From positions 96,001-160,000 of the forward strand of contig CAVTHS010000010.1 in NCBI GenBank assembly GCA_963734535.1: a stretch of 64,000 nucleotides of DNA. The letters are read 5' to 3'. How positions within the stretch are numbered: position 1 is the first letter of the stretch; each line of letters begins with the position of its first letter. A model generated the notes under the pieces. The model ran no database searches. It was not told where the DNA came from and saw only the letters and a list, made by a program, of their open reading frames with translations. The translations under genes were made by a program, and so were the position numbers. Source of the stretch: an uncultured Chloroflexia bacterium. GTDB lineage: Bacteria > Chloroflexota > Limnocylindria > Limnocylindrales > CSP1-4. Below are positions 43,429 to 54,281 of the stretch, in pieces.

Positions 43429-44990
43429 GCGCGCCTCGCCCCGGCCTCATCGCCAGCATCACGGTCCCTTCCAGCACCGCCGACCAGGATCGTCGGCGGG
43501 CGCGCGGCCAGGTGCTCGTCATCTTCGTGTTCGCGCTCGGCGCCCTGTTCGCCATCCTCGCCATGGTGATCGACGTCGGCAACATCTGGAGCAACTCCCT
43601 GCACGTCCAGCAGGCGGCCGAAGCGGCCGCCATGGCCGGCGTGCCGTCGATGCCGGGCGACTTTCCGACGGCGTCGGCCAAGGCAACCGCGGAGGCCCAG
43701 CGGAATGGCTTCTCCGCAGCGGCGGGGGCGACCGTCAGCCCCGCGATCAACATCGAGTCGAACCGTCGCCTCGACGTGACGATCACCCGCTCCTACGGGA
43801 CCTTCTTCATGCGCCTTCTCGGAATCAACACGGTCACCATCTCGCGCACCGCCACCGCCGAGTACACGCTCCCGGTGCCGATGGGCAGCCCGCTCAGCTC
43901 CTACGGCGACAACTCCGGCAACTTCTGGGCGGCGGCCATGAGCCAGGGATCGAACCGCGGCTACGGCGACCCCTATGGCACGTACTACAACCCGAGCCCG
44001 ACCCTGAACAACCAGTACGACTACCGGGGCTACCAGTACACGATCGACGTGCCGGTAGGTGCGGGTGCCACGAACGTCGACCTCTACGATCCGACGTTCT
44101 GCGCAGTGAACGCCAACAAGGGGACGGGCGATCACTGGATCGCCGGGCCCACGACGGGTATGTCGACCTACTACATGCTCTGGTCCGACCCCGCCGCGAC
44201 GCCGCTCGACTACACGGACGACGTGCAGGTCGCCTCGAGCGGGACGCTCTTCGAGAACGAACGCCAGGCGGACAAGAACCCCGGCCCGCCCGACATCCGG
44301 GACACGGGAATCTCGGGCTATGCGTCGATGCCTGACTGCCAGAGCGACCCGTACCACAACCGGTGGTGGACGCTCGCCAGCCTGACCTCGCCCGGCGCGT
44401 ATCGGCTCCAGGTCACGACGACCAACCCCCTGAACAGCAACGATCAGATCGGCGTGAGTGCCGAGAACATGTGGGGCCTCCGGGCCGTCTCGACCGATCC
44501 CACGCACCAGGCGCGCGTCTACGGGCTCGGCAAGATGGTGATCTATGCCAACGTCCCCAACGGCCAGGCAGGCTTCTACCTGGGCCGGATCGAGGCCGTC
44601 CATGCCGGCAAGACGATGGTGATCCAGCTCTTCGACCCCGGAGATGCCCAGGGCAACTCGAGCATCGAGATCCTCCAGCCGACGGCGTCCGACTACGTCC
44701 CTATCTCCTTCAACTACACCGCCGACTCCAACGCGGGAGGCTCGAAGAGCGGCACGACGACAAGCCTCAAGACGACGATCAACGGCACCACCCAGTACAA
44801 CAACTCGTGGGTCACGATCACGGTGCCGCTCCCGAAGACGTATGCGGCTCCTCTTCCTGCGACGGAAACCACCCCCGGCGTCCTCGGGGGCTGGTGGAAG
44901 ATCCGCTACACCTACTCATCGGCCACATCCGACACGACGACGTGGCAGGTCTCCATTCGCGGGAATCCGGTCCACCTCGTCCTGCCCTGA
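43425..44990 (+). CDS. TadG-like pilus-associated protein with large C-terminal domain
   Basis: RGQVLVIF...MVIDVG...QQAAEAAAMAG, then about 350 aa Thr/Asn/Tyr-rich domain. Confidence 0.82.
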   Translation: MSAPRPGLIASITVPSSTADQDRRRARGQVLVIFVFALGALFAILAMVIDVGNIWSNSLHVQQAAEAAAMAGVPSMPGDFPTASAKATAEAQRNGFSAAAGATVSPAINIESNRRLDVTITRSYGTFFMRLLGINTVTISRTATAEYTLPVPMGSPLSSYGDNSGNFWAAAMSQGSNRGYGDPYGTYYNPSPTLNNQYDYRGYQYTIDVPVGAGATNVDLYDPTFCAVNANKGTGDHWIAGPTTGMSTYYMLWSDPAATPLDYTDDVQVASSGTLFENERQADKNPGPPDIRDTGISGYASMPDCQSDPYHNRWWTLASLTSPGAYRLQVTTTNPLNSNDQIGVSAENMWGLRAVSTDPTHQARVYGLGKMVIYANVPNGQAGFYLGRIEAVHAGKTMVIQLFDPGDAQGNSSIEILQPTASDYVPISFNYTADSNAGGSKSGTTTSLKTTINGTTQYNNSWVTITVPLPKTYAAPLPATETTPGVLGGWWKIRYTYSSATSDTTTWQVSIRGNPVHLVLP

Positions 44991-45166
44991 GGACGGCCCG
45001 CGCGCGCTCCGGACTCGCGCGGGGTCGCCTCCCGACGCCGATCGGATGACTGCCGAGGTACTTCGGGCGGATGGAGCCGGAGCCTCGTGCCCGCGACCAT
45101 TGTCCTCAGTCGCGGCGGTCGCGCCTTCTCAGGACGGCCGCATCGCGCTCGGAGGCCGCCCATAGC

Positions 45167-46039
45167 ATGGAAATCGAGTACCAGGACACGTCGCGGCGAG
45201 GCAAGTGGATCGTCGCCATCGGGCTCCTGTTGGCCCTCGTCGCCGGCGGTGGCGCCTTCTTCGTCGTCAACCAGGCCCAGCAGCAGGCCGGCCAGGCGGG
45301 CGTCCAGACCTCCCCCGTCGTGGTCGCCGCGAGGGACATCCCCGGACGGAAGGTGATCGATGCCGCGGACCTCGAGATCCGCCAGCTGCCGTTGAACGAG
45401 ACGACCGCCCAGGGCGTCTACGCGGACGGGTCGAAGCTCATCGGGCTCGTCGCCGGCATGTCGATCTTCAAAGGCCAGCCCGTGTACGCGAACATGCTCG
45501 CGGGCCAGTCGCAGGCGACAGGTTTCTCGATCCTTGCGCCGGGCGAGACGGTGAGCCCGGATTCCCCCGCCTGGCGGGCGGTCTCGATCACGGTGCCTGA
45601 CGATCGCGCGGTCGGCGGCCTTCTCCAGCCCGGGGCCTCGGTCGACGTCTTCGTGACCTCGACGATCACCATTCCCCCGGACGTCCTTGCGGCCGGGAAG
45701 TACCTCACCGACAAGTCGACGAAGATCGTCTACCAGGACATGCTCGTCCTCGCCAAGACGGCAACGTCCTACGTCCTTCGCGCCTCGATCGCCGTTGCCG
45801 AGGAGATCTCGCACCTGCAGGCGAGTGGTGCCGCCGCCTTCAGTCTTGCCCTGCGTCCCCAGCAGGACCTGCGCGCGGTCGACACCTCGACGCTTGGCAC
45901 CACGACCACGAAGATCGTCGCTCGGTACGGGCTCCCACTGCCGGAGTGGTATGGGCCGGGCAGGGCTCCCGCCCCCACCCTCTTCCCTTCCCCGAGCCCG
46001 AGCGCAACCCCGGCAGTATCCGCGAGCCCCGCCCCGTAG
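45167..46039 (+). CDS. cpaB: Flp pilus assembly protein CpaB/RcpC
   Basis: N-terminal TM, SAF domain VVVAARDIP, RAVSITV...VGGLLQPGASVDV, LALRP. Confidence 0.88.
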   Translation: MEIEYQDTSRRGKWIVAIGLLLALVAGGGAFFVVNQAQQQAGQAGVQTSPVVVAARDIPGRKVIDAADLEIRQLPLNETTAQGVYADGSKLIGLVAGMSIFKGQPVYANMLAGQSQATGFSILAPGETVSPDSPAWRAVSITVPDDRAVGGLLQPGASVDVFVTSTITIPPDVLAAGKYLTDKSTKIVYQDMLVLAKTATSYVLRASIAVAEEISHLQASGAAAFSLALRPQQDLRAVDTSTLGTTTTKIVARYGLPLPEWYGPGRAPAPTLFPSPSPSATPAVSASPAP

Positions 46040-46069
46040 TCCCGGCCGACACCCGGGATCCGGGTCGCA

Positions 46070-46729
46070 CTAGCGGCCATCTCGTTCGCGCGACCGGCCT
46101 GGCACGACGCCCGGGGCGGAACGGACGGCCGCGTAGGCCTCCGCAACGCGAGCTTCAGCAGCCGCACGATCCCCGCCCGCGTCGATAATCCGCGTTGCGT
46201 CTCGCCCCAGGCGCGCCGCGACCTCCCCCTGGGTCGCGATCCGGCGCGCCGCGTCCTCCGGGTCGACGCCGCGGCCGGCCAGGCGAGCCCGCTGCTCGTC
46301 CGCCGTGCAGGTGACCAGCCAGACCTCGTCGCAGAGCCTGGCGAGCCCGCCCTCGATGAGCTTGATCGCCTCGATGACGACCGCCGGTGCCCCCGCCTGA
46401 TCCGCGGCCGCGATCGCTGCCAGGATCCGCGGCCGGACCGCGGGGTGGACGATCGCCTCGAGGTCGCGCAGGGCGCCGGGATCTGCGAAGACGATCCGCC
46501 CGAGCGCCGCGCGATCCAGGCTCCCGTCGGACGTCCGGACGCCGTCGCCGAAGCGTGCCAGCACGAGCGCGAGGGCGGGCTCGCCGGGCTCGACGACGGC
46601 CCGGGCCTCGGCGTCGGCGTCGATCGCGACGGCCCCGCGCGCAGCCAGCCACCTCGCCACGGTCGACTTGCCGCAGCCGATCGGGCCCGTGATGCCGATC
46701 CGGACGGCGCGCCGCCGCGCCGAGGACAT
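46070..46729 (-). CDS. coaE: Dephospho-CoA kinase
   Basis: IGITGPIGCGKST, IDAD, LDRAALG, LEAIVHP, EAIKLIE. Confidence 0.93.
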   Translation of the reverse strand: MSSARRRAVRIGITGPIGCGKSTVARWLAARGAVAIDADAEARAVVEPGEPALALVLARFGDGVRTSDGSLDRAALGRIVFADPGALRDLEAIVHPAVRPRILAAIAAADQAGAPAVVIEAIKLIEGGLARLCDEVWLVTCTADEQRARLAGRGVDPEDAARRIATQGEVAARLGRDATRIIDAGGDRAAAEARVAEAYAAVRSAPGVVPGRSRERDGR

Positions 46730-46812
46730 CGCCCCGTCCGTGCGGCTCGCCGGCGCCGGCGCGTTTCCTCCTGCCCCGCCCGGGGTGCTCGCCGGCGGGG
46801 GCGCGTCCCGGC

Positions 46813-48825
46813 TCACGGGGCCCGTTCCTCGAGGAGCAGCCACGCCTCCTCGGCCGCCGCCAGCGCCTGGTCCACGTCGGCGAGCTCGGAAGTCACCCGC
46901 CGCAGCTCCACGAAGTTGGCGGAGGTCGTCGGGTTCATGAGGGCGAGCTCCAGGTGGCTCTTGCGCAGGCCGAGGCGTCCGAGGTCGTCCTCGATGACCG
47001 CCTTCTGGCGGCGGAAGGCATCCTTCGAAAGCTTCGGCTGCCGGGGAGCGCGGGCCTGCGACGGCGGGGTCGACGGGGACCCAGGTGAGGTCGCAGCCCC
47101 CCGGCTGCCCGCCGTCCCCGCTGTCGCCGCGGCCCGGCCGCTCGTCCGCAACGCGGGGGCCGTGCCGCCGCCCGTGCCGCGTCCATGGAAACGCTCCTGC
47201 TCGCGCAGGTATGCATCCCCTGCCCGCCAGCCATCCGCCGCGGCCGCGCGCCACGATCGGTAGCCGGCCTCGAACGGGACGATCCGCGCGTCGTCGACCA
47301 CCCACAGGCGGTCGCAGACCGTCTCGAGGAGCCGGCGGTCGTGGCTGACCAGGAGGATCGTCGCCGTGGTCTCGCGAAGGAACGCCTCCAGGGCCTCGCG
47401 GGCCGGAATGTCGAGGTGATTCGTGGGCTCGTCGAGGAGCAGGAGGTTCGCCGGCATGATCCCGAGGAGAGCCAGCTCCAGGCGTGAACGCTCGCCGCCG
47501 GAGAGGCTGCGGACCTCCTTGAACGCGTCGTCACCGCGGAACAGGAAGCGTGCGAGGTAGCCCCGCGCCTCGCCGGCCGTCATGGGGATCTCGGACAGGA
47601 GCGCGTCGAGCACCGTCTCGCCTGGGATCGGGTTCTCGCGGACCTGGGCGAGGTACCCGAACCCCACGTTCGAGCCGAACGAGAGCGTGCCGTCACGCAG
47701 GGGCAGGTCGCCCGCGATCGTGCGGAGGAGCGTCGTCTTCCCGGCGCCGTTCGGGCCGACGATCCCGATCCGCTCGCCACGCGACGCCTCCAGCCGGACG
47801 CCTCGCGCCACCTCCGGGCCGCCCGGGTGGCCGACCACGAGGTCATCGGCGCGAAGCACCACCTCGGCGGAGCGCGGTGCAGCCATCCCGAGGGCACGGT
47901 CCAGGCGAAGCGACGGACCGGTCTTCGCGATGTCGATCCGATCGAGCCGAGCGAGCCTTGCCTCGTGCTCATGCATCTTCCCGTGCTTGCGCTGGCTCCG
48001 GTACGTCTGGACCAGCGCCTGCTCGCGGGAGATCTCGGCATCCCGCGTCTCGGCGTCCCTGCGCATCCGCGCGTCACGAGCCTCGCGCTGCCGGGCGTAG
48101 GACGCGTAGTCGCCGCGAAACGCGGTCAGGCGTCGGTCCCGCAGCTCCCAGACGCGGGTCACCGTGGCGTCGAGGAAGGCACGGTCGTGGGACGCCACCA
48201 GCAGGGCCCCCTGCCGGCGCCGGACCGCCTCCTCGAGCCATTCGATCGCGCCGAGGTCGAGGTGGTTCGTCGGCTCGTCGAGGAGCAGGAGGTCGGGATC
48301 CGCCACGAGAAGGCGGGCGAGCGCGGCACGCGTCTGCTGCCCGCCCGAGAGCTCCTCTGGCGAGCGCGCGCACTCGGCCTCGCTGAAGCCCAGCCCCGAG
48401 AGCGCCTCCTCGACGCGCTGGTCGAGCGTCCAGCCGTCGAGGGCCGCGAACTGGCTCGTCAGCTCCTCGTATCGGGCGGACGCCGCGCCGCTCGCCTCCT
48501 CGAGCGCCCGCATCTCGGCCTCGATCGCCTCGACGCCGCTCGCCCCACGGCGGACCGCGGTCCGGAGGTCCGGCGCCGACGCGAACGCCTCGTCGAAATG
48601 CGCCTCCTGGGCGAGCAGCCCGACGCGGAGGTTGCGGCGCCGCTGGACCTCGCCCGCGTCTGGCTCGTCGATCCCCGCGATGATCCGGAGGAGCGTGGTC
48701 TTGCCCGCGCCGTTCGGGCCGACGATCCCGACGCGCTCGCCGACCGCGATGGCGGCATCGATCCGGTCGAGGATCACGAAGGTCCCCACCTCGCGCACGA
48801 CACCGGAGAGACGGACGAGCGACAC
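46813..48825 (-). CDS. ABC-F family ATP-binding protein (Uup-like, with C-terminal coiled coil)
   Basis: Two GPNGAGKTT, LSGGQ/LSGGE, two LLLDEPTNHLD; no TM helices. Confidence 0.92.
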   Translation of the reverse strand: MSLVRLSGVVREVGTFVILDRIDAAIAVGERVGIVGPNGAGKTTLLRIIAGIDEPDAGEVQRRRNLRVGLLAQEAHFDEAFASAPDLRTAVRRGASGVEAIEAEMRALEEASGAASARYEELTSQFAALDGWTLDQRVEEALSGLGFSEAECARSPEELSGGQQTRAALARLLVADPDLLLLDEPTNHLDLGAIEWLEEAVRRRQGALLVASHDRAFLDATVTRVWELRDRRLTAFRGDYASYARQREARDARMRRDAETRDAEISREQALVQTYRSQRKHGKMHEHEARLARLDRIDIAKTGPSLRLDRALGMAAPRSAEVVLRADDLVVGHPGGPEVARGVRLEASRGERIGIVGPNGAGKTTLLRTIAGDLPLRDGTLSFGSNVGFGYLAQVRENPIPGETVLDALLSEIPMTAGEARGYLARFLFRGDDAFKEVRSLSGGERSRLELALLGIMPANLLLLDEPTNHLDIPAREALEAFLRETTATILLVSHDRRLLETVCDRLWVVDDARIVPFEAGYRSWRAAAADGWRAGDAYLREQERFHGRGTGGGTAPALRTSGRAAATAGTAGSRGAATSPGSPSTPPSQARAPRQPKLSKDAFRRQKAVIEDDLGRLGLRKSHLELALMNPTTSANFVELRRVTSELADVDQALAAAEEAWLLLEERAP

Positions 48826-48827
48826 GG

Positions 48828-49894
48828 TCAGCCCGTCCGGGTGCCGGCACGGGCCTGGGCGCGGCGCGTCGCGGCGGCCTGGCGCGTCCGTGCCGCCCGG
48901 GCCTGCGTGGCGGCTCGCTCCGCCTCGTCGGGGGTCAATCCCAGCGAGCCCTCGGCCGCGAGCTCCACCCACCTGCGCCCGCGCCGGCGGGGGACGCGTC
49001 CGCGACGCGAGGATCGCTGCCGTCCCGGGTCGATCCGCGCGCTGGGAGTCGCTGGCACCAGGAGCAGAAGTGCGTGGCGCGCTGCCCCACCACGATGCGC
49101 CTGATCGGCCGGCCGCAGCGGAGGCACGGCTCCCCGGCCCGCTGGTAGACCTGCAGATGCTCCTGCATCGCGCCGTCGCCGTCGGGCGCCGTGTAGTCGT
49201 CGATCGACGAGCCGCGTCGCTCGATCGCCTCCGTGAGCACGGCACGGACCTCGCGGTAGAGGCGCGCCTCGTCGGGCGGGCGAAGGGACGCCGCCCGGCG
49301 CAGGGGGTGGAGGCGGGCGCGCCAGAGCGCCTCGTCGGCGTAGATGTTGCCGATGCCGGCGATGAACGCCTGGTCGAGGAGGAGCGGCTTGAGCCGCGCG
49401 TGGCGGCCTCGCAGCCGCGCCCGGAACGCCCGCAGCGTGAAGGCGTCGTCGAGCGGCTCGGGCCCGTGGCCCGCGAACAGCTCGCCGCCGTCCTCGGCGT
49501 CGAGGACCGCGCCGCTCAGCGGATCCCGGGGCCAGAGCCCCACCCGGCCGAACTTGCGGATGTCGCGGAACCGGAGCTCGCGGCCGTCGTCGAGCGCAAG
49601 CGCGAGGTGGACGTGTCGGTCGGCGGGCGTGCCGGACGAGACCACGAAGAGCTGGCCGGTCATCTTGAGGTGGATCGTGAGCGCGGCGCGGCCCGACAGC
49701 TCCACCACGACCAGCTTCGCGCGCCGTCCGACGGCCTCGATTCGCCGGCCCGCGACCGCGTCCGCGAACGCGGCGATGGACGCATGCGAGCCGACCAGCC
49801 GCGGCCAGTCGCCGGCAGCTCCCACGATCGTCGCGCCGACGACGAGCCCGCGCAGGTCGCGGGCGACCGTCTCGACCTCCGGAAGCTCAGGCAT
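48828..49894 (-). CDS. mutM: Formamidopyrimidine-DNA glycosylase (3' end uncertain: 48935 or 48828 after a frameshift)
   Basis: MPELPEVE, HLKMTG, DIRKFG, AGIGNIYADE, zinc finger CLRCG...FCSWCQ. Confidence 0.93.
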
Positions 49895-50031
49895 CGGCCA
49901 TGGCCCCGAGCCAGCCGGCGATCATCCCCACGGCGAGCGCACCGGCGTTCTCCGGGAGCGGCGCGAGCTCGTCGGGGTCGGCGGCGAGGAAGCGATTCGG
50001 GCGCGCCACGTTCAGCTCCGGCATCGACGGG

Positions 50032-52976
50032 TCAGGCGCCGGCGCCGCGCGGGACGACCGTCATCGACTCCCAGTCGTCGCCGGTCTTGACGTCGACGGT
50101 GAGCGGGACGTCGAGCGCAAGGGCGCCCTCCATCGTCTCGCGAACGACCGGGACCAGGCGCGCGACCTCGTCGCGGGGCACCTCCAGCAGCAGCTCGTCG
50201 TGGACCTGGAGCAGGAGCCGCGACCGGAAGCCCTCGGCCCGGAGCCTTCGGTCCACCCGGATCATGGCGATCTTCATGATGTCGGCGGCGGTCCCCTGGA
50301 TCGGCATGTTGATGGCCATCCGCTCCCCCGCTCCGCGCAGCGACGGGTTCGTCGCACGGAGCTCCGGGATCTCCCGTCTCCGGCCCAGGAGCGTCGTGAC
50401 GTAGCCCTGCTGGCGCGCGGTCTCCTTGATGTGGAGCATGTAGTAGCTGATCCCCGAGTACGTCGCGAAGTAGCGGTCGATGAAGGCCTTCGCCTCCGCG
50501 CGCGGGATGTTGGCTCGGCTGGAAAGCCCGAAGTCGCTCATGCCGTACGCGATCCCGAAGTTGACCATCTTGGCCATCGAGCGCTCGTCCGGCGTGACGT
50601 CGCCGGGCTCCTTGTGGAGCACGAGGGCAGCCGTGTCGCGATGGATGTCCGCGCCGGCCAGGAACGCCTCGCGGAGGTGCGCGTCGCCAGACACGTGGGC
50701 CAGGATCCGCAGCTCGATCTGGCTGTAGTCGGCCGCCACGAGCGTCACGTCCGGGGCGCCGGCCACGATCGCCCGGCGAATCCGGCGCCCGAGCGGCGTC
50801 CGGATCGGGATGTTCTGCAGGTTCGGGTCCGACGAGGAGAGCCGCCCCGTCGCGGCCACCGCCTGGTGGAAGGTCGTGTGCAGCCGGCCGTCGTCCGCGA
50901 GCAGCCCGGGAGCGCGGCGATGTACGTGCTCCGGAGCTTCGAGTAGAGGCGCCAGTCCAGGAGCTTCCCGACCGCCGGGTGGGCCGCCCGCAGCTCCTCG
51001 AGGACCGACGCGTCCGTGGAGAAGCCGGTCTTTGTGCGCTTCCCCTTGGGCAGGTTGAGCTCGTAGAAGAGGACCTGCTCCAGCTGCTTCGGGCTCCCGA
51101 GGGTGAACTCGTGGCCCACGTCGACGAAGACCTCGGCCTCCAGGCGCGCCAGCTCGCCCGCGAACTCCACGTCGAGGAGGCTCAGCGCGGCGAGGTCGAT
51201 CGCCACGCCCGTCGCCTCCATCCGGGCGAGGATCGGGATCAGCGGCAGCTCGAGCTCGGCGAAGAGCCGGTCCAGCGCTCCCTCCGCGAGCGCGGCGGCG
51301 AGGGGCTCCCGGACGGCGAGCGCGGCGAGGGCCTCCAGGCCGGCCCGGGCCGGCGGGGCGAGGCCCGCCGCGGCGGGCGGCAGCACGAGGTCGAGCCGCT
51401 CGGCGACGACATCGGCGATCGCCTGGCTCCGCAGCGACGCGTTGAGGAGATACGCGGCGATCTGCGTGTCGAACGCGACGGGCGTGGGCACCGCGCCGGG
51501 GTCCTCGCGCCAGCCGGGCCACGAGGAGCGGCTTCGACTCGTGCGCCACGAGCGGGATCTCGGCCGCCTCGAGCGCCCGGCGGAGCGCGTCGGATGCCTC
51601 CGGGCCGTCCGCGACGAGGACCCGGCCGTCTTCGCCCGCGATGGCGAGCGCCAGCGCGTGCCCCTGCCGCGGCCGCGGGTCGTCGAGGATCACGGCGACG
51701 CCGACAGCCGAGCGCTCCGCGAGCCACCCGGCCAGCCCCGGGATGCCGTCGACCGTGACGGCCTCCACCCGGTCCGGCTCGGCGATCAGCGCCGCGAGCG
51801 CCGCCCGGAGATCGCCCGCGGGCAACGGGCCGGATTCGCGGCGGGCCTCCCGGCGCGGCCGCGCCGATCTGGCCCAGCGAGTCGAAGTCGAGGACGAGCT
51901 GCAGGCCGTCGCCGCCCGCGGGACGGGATCCGTCGCGGTCCGGGCGGCCCCGCGGCTGCCGAAGGCCGGGCGGGCCGCAGTCACCGGGTCGCCGGACCCG
52001 TTCCCGACCTGGGCCGGCGCCGGGAGCCCGTTCGCCGGGCCCGGGATCGCCGAACGGGTCGGGGTCGTTCCGCCGCGGCCGCGTCGGCTCGAGCAGCGGC
52101 CTCGCCACGGAGCGGCGGCAGCCGGTCGATGAGCGTGCGGAACTCGTACTCCCGGAAGAGCCGGACGACCTCTTCGCGGTCGTAGTCGCCGAAGCGGGCC
52201 GCGTCGAGGTCGAGCGCCACCGGCAGGTCCCGGTGGATCGTCACGAGCTCCCGGCTGGCGAGGACCTGTTCGTGGTGCTCGCGCAGCTTCTCGCGCAGCT
52301 TCTCCGGCGCGACCTCGTCGAGGCGCGCGAAGAGCGCGTCGAGGTCCCCGAACTGGCTGATGAGCTTCGCCGCGGTCTTGTCCCCCACGCCGGGCACGCC
52401 GGGAATGTTGTCGGTGGAGTCGCCCTTGAGCGCCTTGAAGTCGATCATCTGGGCCGGCGCCAGGCCGTAGCGCTCCTCGATCCGGGCGGGGTCGTACATG
52501 ACGGTCGCGTCGACGCCCATCCGGGTGGTCATCAGCCGGGTCCGGTCCGTCACGAGCTGGAGCATGTCCAGGTCGCCGGTGACGATCGTCGTCTCGAGGT
52601 CGCGGCCCTCGGCCTCGCGCGTGAGCGTGCCGATGACGTCGTCCGCCTCGAAGCCCGCCAGCTCGTAGACCGGCAGCCGAAGCGCCGCGACCACCTCGCG
52701 GACCTTCGGGAACTGCGCGCGCAGGTCGTCCGGCATCGGCCGCCGGGTCGCCTTGTAGGCCGCGGACAGCTCGTGCCGGAAGGTCGGGGCCGGCAGGTCG
52801 AAGGCGATCGCGACGTAGTCCGGCCGCACGTCCTGGAAGCCGCGCAGGACGATGTTCGAGAAGCCGAAGACCGCGTTCACCAGCTCGCCCTTCGACGTCG
52901 AGAGCGGGACGTTGATGAGCGCGAAGTAGCCGCGATAGATGAGCCCGTTGCCGTCGAGCAGCATCAGGCGTTCCAT
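50032..52976 (-). CDS. polA: DNA polymerase I (multiple frameshifts)
   Basis: LLDG..., EADDVIG, GDSTDNIPG, TGRLSSSDPNLQNIP, ADYSQIELR, KMVNFGIAYG, LQVHDEL. Confidence 0.93.
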
Positions 52977-53343
52977 GGACGTCGGCATCCTCCCGTCGGC
53001 GCGGCCCGCCGGATGCGCCTGCGGCGACGCGGGGCGCCTCGGTCGAGTGTACCGGTCCGGGACGGGTGGGATCGAGACGTGTGCCCCGAGCGCGACGCGC
53101 CTCGCACACCATCCGCAATGCGTGCACCGTCGGCGCAGATCGCGGGCGCATCGTCCTGTCCGTCGACCGGGTCGGGCGGGCCGCGTCCCCCGGGCACGCC
53201 AGCCGGGTCTGACTCCGAGGTGCGCGACGACGGCCCGCAGGGCGGGGCGTATGCTCCGTCCCGGTCGGCCGTTTCCCGGCCGACCACACTCCCGGCCCCG
53301 GCCCTCGTGGACGGAAGCGCCGACGCGGAGTCCCTGGATCCGG

Positions 53344-53505
53344 ATGAAGACCACCCTCGCCGTCGATGACGAAGCCAGGACCGCCGCGCTCGCCCGCGAC
53401 TGCGTCGGCCTGCAGCGTCGCAAGCCCGATGCACCGGAGAATCGCCCCGGACGCGCGCGACGAGCTCGCGCGGGCAGAACGGCTTCGTGACGTCGTCGAT
53501 CGCGC
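53344..53505. pseudogene. Degenerate OmpR-type receiver fragments on opposite strands
   Basis: + strand MKTTLAVDDEARTAALARD; - strand IDDVTKPFCPRELVARVR followed by AILR after a 1-nt shift. Confidence 0.55.
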
Positions 53506-53633
53506 GGGATGGGCGGCGCTCCCAACGCCGGAACCGGCGGCACCCTTCGGGCGTCCGATGAGCCGTGCTAGACTCGCGCCGCCTCGCCGCCCCGACGTTT
53601 CCCGGCGTCCGCGCCGGAAGGAGCCGCGCCCAG

Positions 53634-54266
53634 TTGGACGATCCTCGCCAGCGCTCGCCCGGGGACGTCACCCGGGCAGCCGGCCCGGACGAAGCGACGG
53701 CCCGACGGGACCAGATCCTGGTCGAGCGTGCGCTGGAGGGCGACCTCGGGGCCTTCAACCAGCTCGTCGAGGCGTACCAGGATCTCTGCCACGCGCTCGT
53801 CGCGCGGATGGTCCCCGATCCCGACCAGGCGAGCGACGCGGTCCAGGAGGCCTTCTTCTCGGCCTACCGGAACCTGCGCGCCTACCACGGACCGTCGTTC
53901 CGCGGCTGGTTGACGCGAATCGCGATCAACGCCGCGATGGACCTCCAGCGGGCGAAGAAGCGCCGGCCCGTGACGCCCTATCCCGAGCTCGACGACGAGA
54001 GCTGGCAGCCGCCGGCCGGGCCTGACGCCGACCCCGAGGCGATCGCCGCGACCGGCGAACGGCAGCGCGTCCTCGTCGCGGCGATGGGCGCGATCGCCCC
54101 CGACCAGCGCGCCGCAATCGTCCTCTTCGACGTGGAAGGCTACGACTACGCCGAGATCGCCGCGATGACCGGCGTGAGCCTCGGCACCGTGAAATCGCGG
54201 ATCCATCGCGGCCGGCTTGCGCTCCGTGGGCTGCTGGCCGACCGGATGGAACTCTTCCGCAGCTGA
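53634..54266 (+). CDS. ECF-family RNA polymerase sigma factor (start uncertain)
   Basis: GDLGAFNQLV, DAVQEAF, FRGWLTRIAIN, YAEIA...GTVKSRIHRGR. Confidence 0.92.
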   Translation: MDDPRQRSPGDVTRAAGPDEATARRDQILVERALEGDLGAFNQLVEAYQDLCHALVARMVPDPDQASDAVQEAFFSAYRNLRAYHGPSFRGWLTRIAINAAMDLQRAKKRRPVTPYPELDDESWQPPAGPDADPEAIAATGERQRVLVAAMGAIAPDQRAAIVLFDVEGYDYAEIAAMTGVSLGTVKSRIHRGRLALRGLLADRMELFRS

Positions 54267-54281
54267 GGGCGTCACCGAGCC

